64,000 bases of DNA from Vulcanimicrobiota bacterium (GCA_963777315.1 CAVZQC010000005.1:96001-160000), one strand, 5' to 3'. Shown: positions 51,813 through 61,500, counted from the stretch's first letter. Program-made: numbers and translations. The notes: a model not told the origin generated them from the letters alone.

Positions 51813-52067
51813 CTAGCGTCGTCCGGCGATGAAGAGCGGGCTGAGATCGAGATCGTACCGCTGCACGATTTCCGACAGGGCTTTGAGCTGACCGGGACCG
51901 ACGCTCAGCATTTCAACGCCGACTACCTCGCCGTAGTGGTCCACGTCGACGTTGACTTCACCGCGATCGTGTGTTTCAGTGCGCGCGACGACGTGGTTAG
52001 AAAAACGCAAGTAGATGGGGCTGCGCTCGCGATCCCCCCGCTCAATTTCTTTTAGCGTTTTTATCAC
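51813..52067 (-). CDS. DUF2283-like putative antitoxin
   Basis: IYLRFS...VNVDVDHYGEVVGVEML; GTGA overlap with the upstream gene. Confidence 0.78.
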   Translation of the reverse strand: MIKTLKEIERGDRERSPIYLRFSNHVVARTETHDRGEVNVDVDHYGEVVGVEMLSVGPGQLKALSEIVQRYDLDLSPLFIAGRR

Positions 52068-52294
52068 TTTTCCACCTCATCTGAAGTCACCGTCCACACG
52101 TAGTACATATCGGGCGCTTCTTGGTCGAACGTTGCGCGGATGCGTCGGCCTTGGATGACTTTGTACCGATTTCTACGGCCCCACTCGCCGGGAAGTTCCG
52201 TTTCGTAGTCTCGCAGGGTTTGCTCGACGTCGGCTTCACTGACATGGCGTTCCTCCATGCGCTTTCGGGCGTGTTGGTCGTATTCAACCTGCAT
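52064..52294 (-). CDS. DUF4258-like putative RelE/BrnT-fold RNase toxin
   Basis: YDQHARKRMEERHVSEADVEQTL...YVWTV. Confidence 0.8.
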   Translation of the reverse strand: MQVEYDQHARKRMEERHVSEADVEQTLRDYETELPGEWGRRNRYKVIQGRRIRATFDQEAPDMYYVWTVTSDEVEK

Positions 52295-52300
52295 CCATTG

Positions 52301-52344
52301 TCCTTATGTCAACAATATATCCTCGCCATATCCTTATGTCAACA
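52301..52344 (-). promoter_or_regulatory. sigma70 promoter with a duplicated 14-bp motif
   Basis: Minus strand TGTTGACATAAGGA twice at 30-bp period; TTGACA-17 bp-TATATT. Confidence 0.85.
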
Positions 52345-52532
52345 TACTGTCCGTGAGGATCCCAGTCGCACCGCCCTAGCGGTCTCCAGCCGAGTAGAAC
52401 TTCGAACGGCTTTTGACAACACCGGATCAGTCGGGGCGGCCTATTACCGGGCGAGGCCTGCGTCCTTTGCCCTAAAGGCCTACGGAGCGCGTTCAATCCA
52501 TATGCCATAGTGCGGCGTTTGGACCGGTGCGT

Positions 52533-54086
52533 ATGCGACTATTGCGCCGGCTTTGCACCGGTTTACTCGTGCTGATGTGTTGTGCTCCCGCGGCTGCCCA
52601 CCCGCTGGGCAACTTCACGATCAACCATCTGGCAAAAATCACTGCGGCGCCGCGAGCGCTGCACGTGCGCTACATTTTAGACATCGCCGAAATCCCCACG
52701 TTTCAGATCGTGCAGACGCGAGCGAACGGCAATTGGAGCCGGCAAACCCTGCAGGGTTGGGCCAACGACGAAATCGCGCTCGTGCAGGACGGTTTCCACG
52801 TTGCGGTCGACGGTCGATCCGCCGCGATGGTGCCGAGCACCGCGCACGCGCGTTTTCGTCCGGGCGCGGGCGGCCTGCCGATATTGCGCTGGGTGGGCGA
52901 ATTCGCGGTGCCGCTGCCGGCCGCCGCGTCGCATCGTGTCAGCATCGACGATCGCGTGTACGCCGATCGTCGCATCGGCTGGAAAGACGTCATCGCCGGT
53001 TCTCAAACCGAACCTACGGACGAGCTGCAGCATTATCCCAGCGCGCTCATCGGCACGCCCCGCCGCATCGGCGGTCTAGCGTTTCAGCTCAGTTCCTCGG
53101 GCGCATTTTCGAACATTCGCGCCGGAGCCGATGCTCAACCGATGACGGGATCGCTCACGTCCTGGATCGCGCCGTCCGCACTTTCAGACATGTTTTCGCG
53201 TCCCAATCAAACGCCGTGGTTCGTGATTCTCACCATACTGGCCGCGTTCGGTTTGGGCGCTCTGCACGCAATCGAACCCGGTCACGGCAAAGCGCTGCTC
53301 GCATTCACGCTCGTCGGCGCGCGCGCCACCTCCAAGCAGGCTTTGATTTTGGCAACGTCGCTCACGTTTGCGCATACTGCGGGCGTCCTACTGTTGGGCA
53401 TCGTGTTGTTTTTCGCAGCGGGTTTCGTATCGGAAACGATCTATCCGTGGATAACGCTGCTTTCGGGCCTTGCGATCGCCGTCATCGGCGCTCGCGCGCT
53501 GGCCAAGTACGTTCGCATGCGGCGCGGGCTGTCGCACGCGCACGTTCACCGGCATGAAGGAGCGCATCCGCACGCGCACGGCCACGAGCACGCGGGCGAT
53601 GCAGACGCCGCGCACGGTCACGGACATTCGCACGCTATCCCCGGGTCGCAACCGCTCGACTTTCGCAGCGCCGTGTGGGCCGCGATGAGCGGCGGCATCG
53701 CGCCGTGTCCGGCCGCCATCGTGGTGTTGCTGGCGGCGCTGCGTTTGCATCAGCTTGGCTACGGCGTATTTCTCATCGTGATCTTCAGCATGGGACTGGC
53801 AGCCGTTTTGAGCGGCCTGGGCATCGGGGTCGTGCACGGTGCCGACTGGCTCTCGCGCCGCTCGGCCTACGCGCGCTTTGTGCGTTACGGTCCGCTCATC
53901 ACCGCCGCCGTCATTTCGATAATCGGCTCCGTTACGCTCGCGCAAGGGTTCGTTCAGCAGGGAGCGCGTGTTCCCGTAGTGCTCGTCGCTGCGCTCGCGC
54001 TTGCCGCAATAGCGGGCTATGCGTTCTCGGGGCACACTCACCTGCACGGCCACGCGCACATGCCTGTCGAGGCGCAAACGACGTGA
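52533..54086 (+). CDS. RcnA/NicO-like Ni/Co transporter with exported N-terminal domain
   Basis: Signal peptide then HPLGNF; GALHAIEPGHGK; His-rich loop; GGIAPCPAA. Confidence 0.88.
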   Translation: MRLLRRLCTGLLVLMCCAPAAAHPLGNFTINHLAKITAAPRALHVRYILDIAEIPTFQIVQTRANGNWSRQTLQGWANDEIALVQDGFHVAVDGRSAAMVPSTAHARFRPGAGGLPILRWVGEFAVPLPAAASHRVSIDDRVYADRRIGWKDVIAGSQTEPTDELQHYPSALIGTPRRIGGLAFQLSSSGAFSNIRAGADAQPMTGSLTSWIAPSALSDMFSRPNQTPWFVILTILAAFGLGALHAIEPGHGKALLAFTLVGARATSKQALILATSLTFAHTAGVLLLGIVLFFAAGFVSETIYPWITLLSGLAIAVIGARALAKYVRMRRGLSHAHVHRHEGAHPHAHGHEHAGDADAAHGHGHSHAIPGSQPLDFRSAVWAAMSGGIAPCPAAIVVLLAALRLHQLGYGVFLIVIFSMGLAAVLSGLGIGVVHGADWLSRRSAYARFVRYGPLITAAVISIIGSVTLAQGFVQQGARVPVVLVAALALAAIAGYAFSGHTHLHGHAHMPVEAQTT

Positions 54087-54883
54087 TCGTTACCGGCGCC
54101 TTTACCGTCTTTGCTCTAGGTTTGCGCCATGGAGCAGATCCGGATCATTTGGCGGCGATCGACAACATGACGCGCAACTCCGTGCAGCGCCAGCCGCTCT
54201 TGAGTCGCTTCATCGGTACGCTCTTTGCCGGCGGCCATACGGTCATGGTGCTGGCGATCGCGGCATTGGTGGGCTATTTGGGATCGCTGTTTGCCGGTCG
54301 CGCGCAAATCATCGAAAACGCCGGCACGCTGATCAGCATCGTCGTGCTCGTGTTCATCGCTTTGCTGAACATGCGCCAGCTCGCGGCAGGCCAAACGGAT
54401 CGCGTTGCCGGTGCAAAAACGCGGCTGCTTCCGTCGTTTTTACGCAATGCGACCAGCCCGCTGGTGGCGATACCCGTGGGCCTGCTCTTCGGATTCGGAT
54501 TTGAAACGTCCAGCCAGATCGCCGCCTACGCCGTTGCCTTCGGCGCGGATGCAGGCGTCGCGGGGGCTCTGCTGGTCGGTTCGATGTTCTGCGTTGGAAT
54601 GGTGTGCACCGACACGCTGGACTCACTGTTCATTCATCGCCTCGTCACCTATCGTGCCGGTCGTCTCCCGCAGGTCATGCGAGTGTGGATCTGGTCCGTC
54701 ACGATGTTCGCGCTTGCGGTCGCCGCATACGAACTGTCCCAACTGCTCGGTTGGCGCTCACCGGCTTCGGATCTGGCGGTGAGCGGCATACTGGTCACCA
54801 TTCTCCTCGCGATCTTCGCATGGATCTTCCTCTCGACACGGCAATTGCGCCGTGCCGGTCCACTCTTGGAGCAGCTGCCATGA
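54083..54883 (+). CDS. HoxN/NixA (NiCoT) high-affinity nickel/cobalt permease
   Basis: GLRHGADPDHLAAID, FAGGH, GLLFGFGFETSSQ; GTGA overlap. Confidence 0.9.
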   Translation: MIVTGAFTVFALGLRHGADPDHLAAIDNMTRNSVQRQPLLSRFIGTLFAGGHTVMVLAIAALVGYLGSLFAGRAQIIENAGTLISIVVLVFIALLNMRQLAAGQTDRVAGAKTRLLPSFLRNATSPLVAIPVGLLFGFGFETSSQIAAYAVAFGADAGVAGALLVGSMFCVGMVCTDTLDSLFIHRLVTYRAGRLPQVMRVWIWSVTMFALAVAAYELSQLLGWRSPASDLAVSGILVTILLAIFAWIFLSTRQLRRAGPLLEQLP

Positions 54884-55639
54884 AACATCGAATTCTCGGT
54901 AGCCTCGCCGTGCTCGTCGCTTTGGTGCTCGGCTTCACGTTATACGTGAACCGGCCCGCCCAGGCGTCCGATCATCAGGACTCTCCCGTCACGCTCGGGC
55001 GTCCAGGCGCGGATATTACCGATCCCTACGCGTTCCCCGCTCCCGACAACTCGAACAACGTCGTGTTGGTCATGGACGTGCATCCGCTGATCCCGCCCGG
55101 ACAAGCTCTTTCAACCTATTTCGATCCGGGCGTCGTCTATCAAATGAACTTCGACGGTTTGGACGAGAATGGGCCAACGCCCGGAAAGTCGATCCAGCAA
55201 TCGTTCATTTTACAGTTCGTCGCAGGTCAACCCGGGCCGAACCAGCAGATGTTCGTGTACGGGCCCAGCGCGCCGCTCGTCACCGGAAACCAAACGAAAC
55301 TGGTCGCGCTTTCCGGCCAGGGCACGATCAACGCGCCCTTTACCGTCGGTCATATGAAAATCTTTGCCGGCGGGCGGGAAGAGCCGTTCTTCTTCGATCT
55401 CGCGCAGTTCCTCAAGATACTGCCCGATCGCAACGCCGGAAGCGACGCTGCGAGTCTGTTTGCCCAAACTGGGCAACGACACGTGCCCGCAAGGTTTCAA
55501 CGATCCGGGTCAGGACTTTTTCAAAGGCTTTAACGTCCTTTCGCTGGTCGTCGAGATACCGCGCGCCGATCTCATCGCCGCTTGCGGCGGCAGCAAAATC
55601 GCGTATTGGGTGACCACCAATACGTCGGGCGGAAAGTAG
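54880..55639 (+). CDS. DUF4331-like exported protein A (apparent +1 frameshift near 55455)
   Basis: AQA|SDHQDSP, DITDPYAF, FAGGREEPFFFD; tail DFFKGFNVLSLVVEIP is in the +1 frame. Confidence 0.8.
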
Positions 55640-55646
55640 GAGCATC

Positions 55647-56372
55647 ATGCGTATTCCATCATTCAAACTCCAATTCGTCGCGCTCGGCGCGGCGCTGATG
55701 CTCGCCGCATGCGGCGGCTCGGGAACATCCAGTCCGGCCAATCCGCCGGGCGCTCCATCCGCACCGGGCGGCGGCAATTCGTCCAGCGGGCCGACGGCCG
55801 CGCTGGGAAACGGGCCGTTTCAACAGCTGGATCGGTTGAACCGGCCCGCGGTAAACGAAGTCTTTGCGACTTTTGCCCAGCACCAGCAGAACAACGTCGA
55901 TACGCCCAACCAAGACGTAGCCATCTTGGGGCCGGAAATCTACGCCTTCACCACGAGCGTGGGCGGACGCAGCAGCGCGATTGCGAACGTGCTGCGTTCG
56001 GTGCTCACGCCTGACGTGCAGATCATGGATCTCTCGGGCACGAGTTCGTCGTGCATCGGCAGCGCGCCGGGTACGTGCAACAACTATCTGGGCATCGAAA
56101 CCGGCGGTGCTCTACAATTGCCGGCCGGCCGCAAACCGTTCGGCGGACGAGCCCTGACCGACGACATCGTTACGACGTCGCTGTCGGCAATATTCGGAAA
56201 CGCAATCCCGTCACTCAAACTCGCGCCCGACGACAACAACGAATCCGACGGCCGCGCGGACTCCTCGTATCCCTCAGGGCACCGGCCGAACCTGACCAGC
56301 GACAACGTCACCTGGCAGAGTGCGCCCAAACACTTCACCTCGACGTTCCCGTACTTGGGAGCCCCGCACTAA
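55647..56372 (+). CDS. DUF4331-like lipoprotein B
   Basis: Lipobox LAAC; QLDRLNRPAVNE, GGRALTDD, FPYLGAPH. Confidence 0.82.
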   Translation: MRIPSFKLQFVALGAALMLAACGGSGTSSPANPPGAPSAPGGGNSSSGPTAALGNGPFQQLDRLNRPAVNEVFATFAQHQQNNVDTPNQDVAILGPEIYAFTTSVGGRSSAIANVLRSVLTPDVQIMDLSGTSSSCIGSAPGTCNNYLGIETGGALQLPAGRKPFGGRALTDDIVTTSLSAIFGNAIPSLKLAPDDNNESDGRADSSYPSGHRPNLTSDNVTWQSAPKHFTSTFPYLGAPH

Positions 56373-56468
56373 AGGACGCACGGCGCACCCGCGCTCATGG
56401 CTCTTGCGGCGATTGCATGCAATGCGATCGCCGCTTGGCCGTCCGGCGGCGGTTGTCGTACGCGCACA

Positions 56469-56545
56469 CGCCGCAAACACATCGCTTCAACGAATGCGTT
56501 TGAGCGGGTGAACGCCGAGATTAAGCGGCACACAACCGAAGGTCG
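56469..56545 (+). mobile_element. IS256-family transposase remnant
   Basis: Manual translation RRKHIASTNAFERVNAEIKRHT matches the IS256 I-x-S/T-TN-x-x-ER-x-N-x-E-I-K-R-R-T motif. Confidence 0.7.
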
Positions 56546-56874
56546 CGTTCGGTCGGGCGCTTAACGTTGGCCTGAACGCGCTACCAACAGAAACACGGGT
56601 GTCGGAATTACCGCGCTGGAGGCCTCTTTGTCTACAGGGAAATGCGAAGCGCAAAACTGCCCGATACATGTACACGTTTTTTAAGCAATGGAACCGGCAG
56701 TATCGACGAGATCACTGCTCCATTTGCATTGCATATCCGATTCAAGTATTTCATTCTCAACGGCCGTCTGTTTTCTTCGGACCATTTCGATGATCTTGGA
56801 TACTCCTACATGCACGAAAACAGATGGGTAGCGCCCTCTTCTGGAAGACTCCTATCGTTGCACCCGTCATCTGC

Positions 56875-57447
56875 CTATTCCCATTCACCGTGCCACCGTG
56901 CGTTCTGTAAGTGCTTTTGGGCGGCGCGCACGAAACGGCGTTCACTCTCCATGCGGCTCAGCGCGTGCAGCGCGGCAAGGGAGCCTGGCCCGGAGCGTTT
57001 TTCCACATCGCCGAAGAGGCGCTTTATCCGGCGCTCGTGCACTTGGATCTCGATGTCTCGCTTCTCGAGCATTTCCATGGCTGCCGCCCTGGTCAATTGC
57101 CCCAGCAACACAACTGCAACCTCAAGCGCTGAATCGCTTGACTGGCAATCGTTGAACACGTGATGCAATAGTTCAATGAAATGCGCTTCGCCCGACGCCG
57201 AAAGGCTAAAGACGCCCTTGTTCTCATTACGCCCGCGTGTCGCTCTCACGGTTCGCCGGGAGAGATAGCCGGCTTTCGCCAATCGATCCAACAAATGATA
57301 GATATTTCCCCGCCCTAACGGGCGATACAGCGGGGAATGGTTGCGCACTGCGTGATCAACGGCATAGGCCGAGAGCGGCTGCCGCCGCAGAATGCCCAGC
57401 ACTAACAGCTCACGCCCCGCGTCGGAGTTCACGACCGTCGATTGCAT
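56875..57447 (-). CDS. PadR-family transcriptional regulator
   Basis: LLVLGILRRQPLSAY, GNIYHLLDRLAKAGYL, FSLSASGE; start may be GTG ~57432. Confidence 0.85.
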   Translation of the reverse strand: MQSTVVNSDAGRELLVLGILRRQPLSAYAVDHAVRNHSPLYRPLGRGNIYHLLDRLAKAGYLSRRTVRATRGRNENKGVFSLSASGEAHFIELLHHVFNDCQSSDSALEVAVVLLGQLTRAAAMEMLEKRDIEIQVHERRIKRLFGDVEKRSGPGSLAALHALSRMESERRFVRAAQKHLQNARWHGEWE

Positions 57448-60400
57448 AAGGGACGGTGGTTCGCGCGCGCGGCGCCTTCGCCCCGCGATACCAGACGTAT
57501 GCGACCGGAACCACGAAAAGCGTCAAGAGCAGCGAGCTCGATAAACCGCCGATGACCACGGTTCCGAGTGCGCGCCGGTACTCCGCCCCAATCGTGTGTC
57601 CTGCCGCTAGCGGGAGCATGCCGGCGATCATCGCGGCGGTGGTCATAAGAATAGGCCGCAGTCGCAGCTGCGCAGCGTTCGCGATCGCGTCGGCCCCACT
57701 CGCGCCGCCTCGAACCGCGCGCTCCGCGTACTCGACGAGTAAGATGCCATTTTTCGCGACTAAGCCGACCAACATGACGATCCCGAGCATTGAATAGAGA
57801 TTGAGCGTCTGTGAGGGCACGTGCATGACGTTTAACATGAAAAGCACTCCCAATGCACCCGCCGAAGCCAGCGGGACGGTGAGCATAATGACGAGCGGCA
57901 GCGTGTAATTGCGATAAAGCACCGCCAAAATTACGTAAACGCCTATCAGCGAAAACAGCAGCGCCGCGAAGATTTTCGAAACCGCGTCCAGGAATTGCTC
58001 GACGTCGCCACGCGGTTCAACGCGCGTTCCCGGCGGCAAGAATGCCGGGTCTGCAATCTGCTTGGCGATTGGGGCACTCACCAAGCTTAAAGGCGCCCCG
58101 CGCTGCGCGTTTGCACTTACGGTCACGATGCGTTCGCCGTCCTCGCGCTGGACGATGGTGGGCTCGCGCAGCCTTCGCACGCGCGTAAGATCCTCCAGGG
58201 GTATCAATCGCCCGTCACCGGCGCGTACGGGAAAACGCATTAAAGCATCCAGATCGCCGCTGTCCGAGCCACCGGCCCGTACGATAACGTCCTGTAGTCC
58301 GGCATCCTCTCGGGCGCGCGCGGCGATGCTTCCTCCTGTTGCAATGCGTGCGGTGCGCGCGACATCATCCGGTGAGACGCCTAGCATCTGGCTGCGCGAA
58401 AAATCGACGTCTACTTCGAAACGCCGCCGCAGCCCCGAATCGCTCGTTTGCACATCGGTCGCATACGGATTGCTGCGAAGCGATGCGGCAATGCGCTGCG
58501 CCGCTGCATCGATGACTGCCGGATCGCCGCCGATCGTGTAGCTGATGCCGGCCGCGCCTCCCATGCCGGTGCCCGCTCCGGCGATTGTTGCCTGCGGAAT
58601 AAGGGCCGTCATGTTTTTGATCCGGCGCTCGACTTCTCCACCGTTTGACGTCGGGTCGCTCAGCACCATCGTCAGCTGCGCGACGTTGCCGGCGAACACG
58701 TCCGCACTGCCGTTGAAGGCGCGCCCGGCGCTCTCTTCCACATGCAATACGGCTGGATCGTCCAATAGTGCTTGGTTTACGCGCTGCGCGGCTGCGTCCG
58801 TTTGCGCCAAAGGCGTGCCGGCCGGCAAGGTTAGCGTCATCGTTACAAGCCCGCGATTCACCGGTGGTGAAAACTCCGCCGGAATCGCACCCGACACAAG
58901 CGGCACGAATGAAAGTGCGCAGATCGCCGCAGCAGCAACCACAACGGTCTTCGGCCGGCGGATTGCTGCGGGCAGCCAACGGCGTGCGTACGTTTCGGCC
59001 AGGTGCTGCTCGACGTGATTGAACCAATTGATCGCCGCATGCCATGCCGCCAAACCTCGCAAAACTGCTTCCGCGCGCATCGTCCATGGAAACGTCTTTG
59101 CTCGCTTGCGCAATGCCGCAAGCACGGCTCCATACGGCAACCCGTCAAGCGGCGCCGCGCCGGTGCGCAATGCCCAGCGCGCGGCGAGCAGCGGCGTCAA
59201 CGTCAAAGCTACGAGCAGCGAGAACGCCGTTGCGATAACGATGACCAAACCGAATTCGCGCATGAACTCGCCAACGATCCCGCCCATCATCGCAATCGGC
59301 GCAAAGACCGCAGCGTCGACCAAAGTGATGGCAAATGCCGCGCCGCCGAGCTCGCGGCGCCCCTCGAGTGCTGCTGCATCCGCCGAAAGACCGCCCGCCG
59401 CTGTCCGCGTAATCGCTTCGATGATCACGATGGAATCGTCCACCAGAATGCCGATTGTGAGCGATAGGCCCATGAGAGAAAGGACGTTCAGCGTTAAACC
59501 GAGCACCCACATCGTGGCAAATGCGGCGCAGAGCGAGGCCGGAATCGCAATTGCCGCGATGAGCGCGTTGCGCCATGCATGAAGAAAAAACAGCATAACG
59601 AGCACGGTCAGGAGTACGCCCTCGCCGAGCGTCTGGAAAACGCCGGCGATGGCGGCGTTTGTGGAAGGCTCGTCGGTACGCAACTCTTCAAACCGCACGG
59701 CGGGGAAGCGCTGCGCCAGTCGGCGCACGGCAGCACGCACACCGGCGATGGTGTGCAGCGCGTCGCTTCCGGACGCGTGCGTTACGTACACCAGCACAGC
59801 CGGCTGACCGTCGACGCGCGAGATAACGCTCTGCTCGGCGTACGTATTCTCCACGCGTGCCACGTCGGCGATCCGAACCGAAGCACGACCCGGGACCGTG
59901 AGCGGCAGGGTTCCTAATGCAGCGATACCGGTCGCGGCTGCGTCGATCCCGATATTTGCTTCGCTTGTCGCCGTACGCAGGCTTCCACCTGGAAGGACGT
60001 CGTTGCCCGCGCCGGCGGCGCCGAACAAATCCAAAAGCGTACCGCCCACTGCAGAAAGCGCCGCAGAACGCGGGCGAATGATGAATTGTCGCGTCTGCGC
60101 ACCCGACGTCTGTACGGTACCCGCACCGGGTACCGCCCGCAGTGCCGGTAAAATGTTTTTCGACAAGGTGTCCGCGAGCGTCCCGGGTGCTACGAGTTCC
60201 GAACTGATCGCCTCTTCCAACACCGGCGCTTGCGTTGGATCGCCGCGCGAGACCAGCGGCGGCAACAAGTCCGCCGGCAAGTTTGCGCGCGCCGCATCTA
60301 CGGCTTGTTGCACATACGTGCGGTCGACCTCGATGTTGCTGCCGAACCGGAACTGCACGCTGATTTGGGCTACGCCGCTTTGCGCCGATGAATCCACGTG

Positions 60401-60643
60401 CTGTACATCGGGCAGCGCGCTTACTTGATCTTCGATCGGCTCGATCACCAAACGTTCGATCTCGGCTGCCGCTGCGCCGGGATATGGCGCGGACACCGTG
60501 ATAACCGGAAGCGCGATCGGCGGCAAAATGCTGCGTCCCATCATCATAACGGCCGCCGCGCCCGACAGCATGATGACGATAAAGAACAGCGTCGCGGCAA
60601 CGGGGTTATTTAGGGCAAAGCGCGTAAGAGGCACGCGCCACAC
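57410..60643 (-). CDS. RND efflux permease (AcrB/MdtB-like)
   Basis: GILVDDSIV, LVAKNGILL, RLRPILMT; 1077 aa. Confidence 0.95.
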   Translation of the reverse strand: MWRVPLTRFALNNPVAATLFFIVIMLSGAAAVMMMGRSILPPIALPVITVSAPYPGAAAAEIERLVIEPIEDQVSALPDVQHVDSSAQSGVAQISVQFRFGSNIEVDRTYVQQAVDAARANLPADLLPPLVSRGDPTQAPVLEEAISSELVAPGTLADTLSKNILPALRAVPGAGTVQTSGAQTRQFIIRPRSAALSAVGGTLLDLFGAAGAGNDVLPGGSLRTATSEANIGIDAAATGIAALGTLPLTVPGRASVRIADVARVENTYAEQSVISRVDGQPAVLVYVTHASGSDALHTIAGVRAAVRRLAQRFPAVRFEELRTDEPSTNAAIAGVFQTLGEGVLLTVLVMLFFLHAWRNALIAAIAIPASLCAAFATMWVLGLTLNVLSLMGLSLTIGILVDDSIVIIEAITRTAAGGLSADAAALEGRRELGGAAFAITLVDAAVFAPIAMMGGIVGEFMREFGLVIVIATAFSLLVALTLTPLLAARWALRTGAAPLDGLPYGAVLAALRKRAKTFPWTMRAEAVLRGLAAWHAAINWFNHVEQHLAETYARRWLPAAIRRPKTVVVAAAAICALSFVPLVSGAIPAEFSPPVNRGLVTMTLTLPAGTPLAQTDAAAQRVNQALLDDPAVLHVEESAGRAFNGSADVFAGNVAQLTMVLSDPTSNGGEVERRIKNMTALIPQATIAGAGTGMGGAAGISYTIGGDPAVIDAAAQRIAASLRSNPYATDVQTSDSGLRRRFEVDVDFSRSQMLGVSPDDVARTARIATGGSIAARAREDAGLQDVIVRAGGSDSGDLDALMRFPVRAGDGRLIPLEDLTRVRRLREPTIVQREDGERIVTVSANAQRGAPLSLVSAPIAKQIADPAFLPPGTRVEPRGDVEQFLDAVSKIFAALLFSLIGVYVILAVLYRNYTLPLVIMLTVPLASAGALGVLFMLNVMHVPSQTLNLYSMLGIVMLVGLVAKNGILLVEYAERAVRGGASGADAIANAAQLRLRPILMTTAAMIAGMLPLAAGHTIGAEYRRALGTVVIGGLSSSLLLTLFVVPVAYVWYRGAKAPRARTTVPYAIDGRELRRGA

Positions 60644-60759
60644 CTTTGCTGCCGCAGCGACGGCATGCTGCGCGATCGACGCTGGAATTACTCCACCGTG
60701 AAGTAATCCGGTCCATTGCGCCCCTGTTGCGGCTCGTCAAGTGCGCGTAATGTCAACCT

Positions 60760-61125
60760 ATGAACATTATCTTACTCGCTATACTACTCGCCCAAATGGG
60801 TATGCACGCACCCCCCGTGCCCATGACTCCGGAGCAATTTGCTCAGGCGGTGCCGGGCCAAAATGTGCAAATTGCGGTCCGCGTAGACGGCGTGCAGCGC
60901 ACGACCATTTATGCCGAGCTGCTTCGCCATGAAACCGACAGCACGGCGAAAGCCACGGGCCGGCACGTTGTTCTGTACTTCGCAGGCGGAACGCCGGTTG
61001 TGATGGGCAGCGCAAGCGACGTTGCCAAAGGCGCGCTGCTTTACGTGTACGGCATCATCACGAAATCCAATCACGTGGACGCCAAACGGGTCGTCGTTGA
61101 TACGCGCTTCATTAAAGTCGAGTAA
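60760..61125 (+). CDS. small exported beta-strand protein
   Basis: Short hydrophobic N-terminus followed by MGMH; TAATGT 6 nt before the ATG. Confidence 0.7.
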   Translation: MNIILLAILLAQMGMHAPPVPMTPEQFAQAVPGQNVQIAVRVDGVQRTTIYAELLRHETDSTAKATGRHVVLYFAGGTPVVMGSASDVAKGALLYVYGIITKSNHVDAKRVVVDTRFIKVE

Positions 61126-61127
61126 CG

Positions 61128-61496
61128 GTGAGCCTATCGGATTTGGTCGCGTGGAGTGCCGTCGCGGCCGTTCCGCTGGGCGCGGGCACAGGGTGGGTAT
61201 TGCGGCGATGGGGACCTGGGCGCTTCGTCAGCCGCATGCGACCCCACTACGTACTTGGCTACACGGCGCTCGCGATCGCAGCGCTTCACGTCACACTCGT
61301 CATCGGCTCGATGCAGGCTGCCAATGCGGAAGGGCTTTGGTTTGCAACCTTCGCATTCGGCGCTCTTGGCGTGCAGACGTTTCTGGGCGCGAGCCTCCAA
61401 TCGCCGGGTGTTTATCGTGCACCGCTGCGGCGTTGGCACATGTTGTTGTTTTGGACGATTGGCGTGCTCATTCTTGGGCACATCGTTTTCGACTAG
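61128..61496 (+). CDS. 4-TM membrane protein, possible heme-b binder
   Basis: Paired His in TM segments (HYVLG...LHV; WHML...GHI), resembling ferric reductase / cytochrome b561 domains. Confidence 0.65.
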   Translation: MSLSDLVAWSAVAAVPLGAGTGWVLRRWGPGRFVSRMRPHYVLGYTALAIAALHVTLVIGSMQAANAEGLWFATFAFGALGVQTFLGASLQSPGVYRAPLRRWHMLLFWTIGVLILGHIVFD

Positions 61497-61500
61497 GCCG

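Noticed and set aside
52345..52530. NiCo or cobalamin riboswitch upstream of the nickel operon
   Set aside because: Short stems exist but I could not match the conserved cores by eye; needs an Rfam/Infernal scan
56642..57163. 173-aa plus-strand ORF
   Set aside because: Overlaps PadR antisense, has no RBS or motif, and lies in a decayed region
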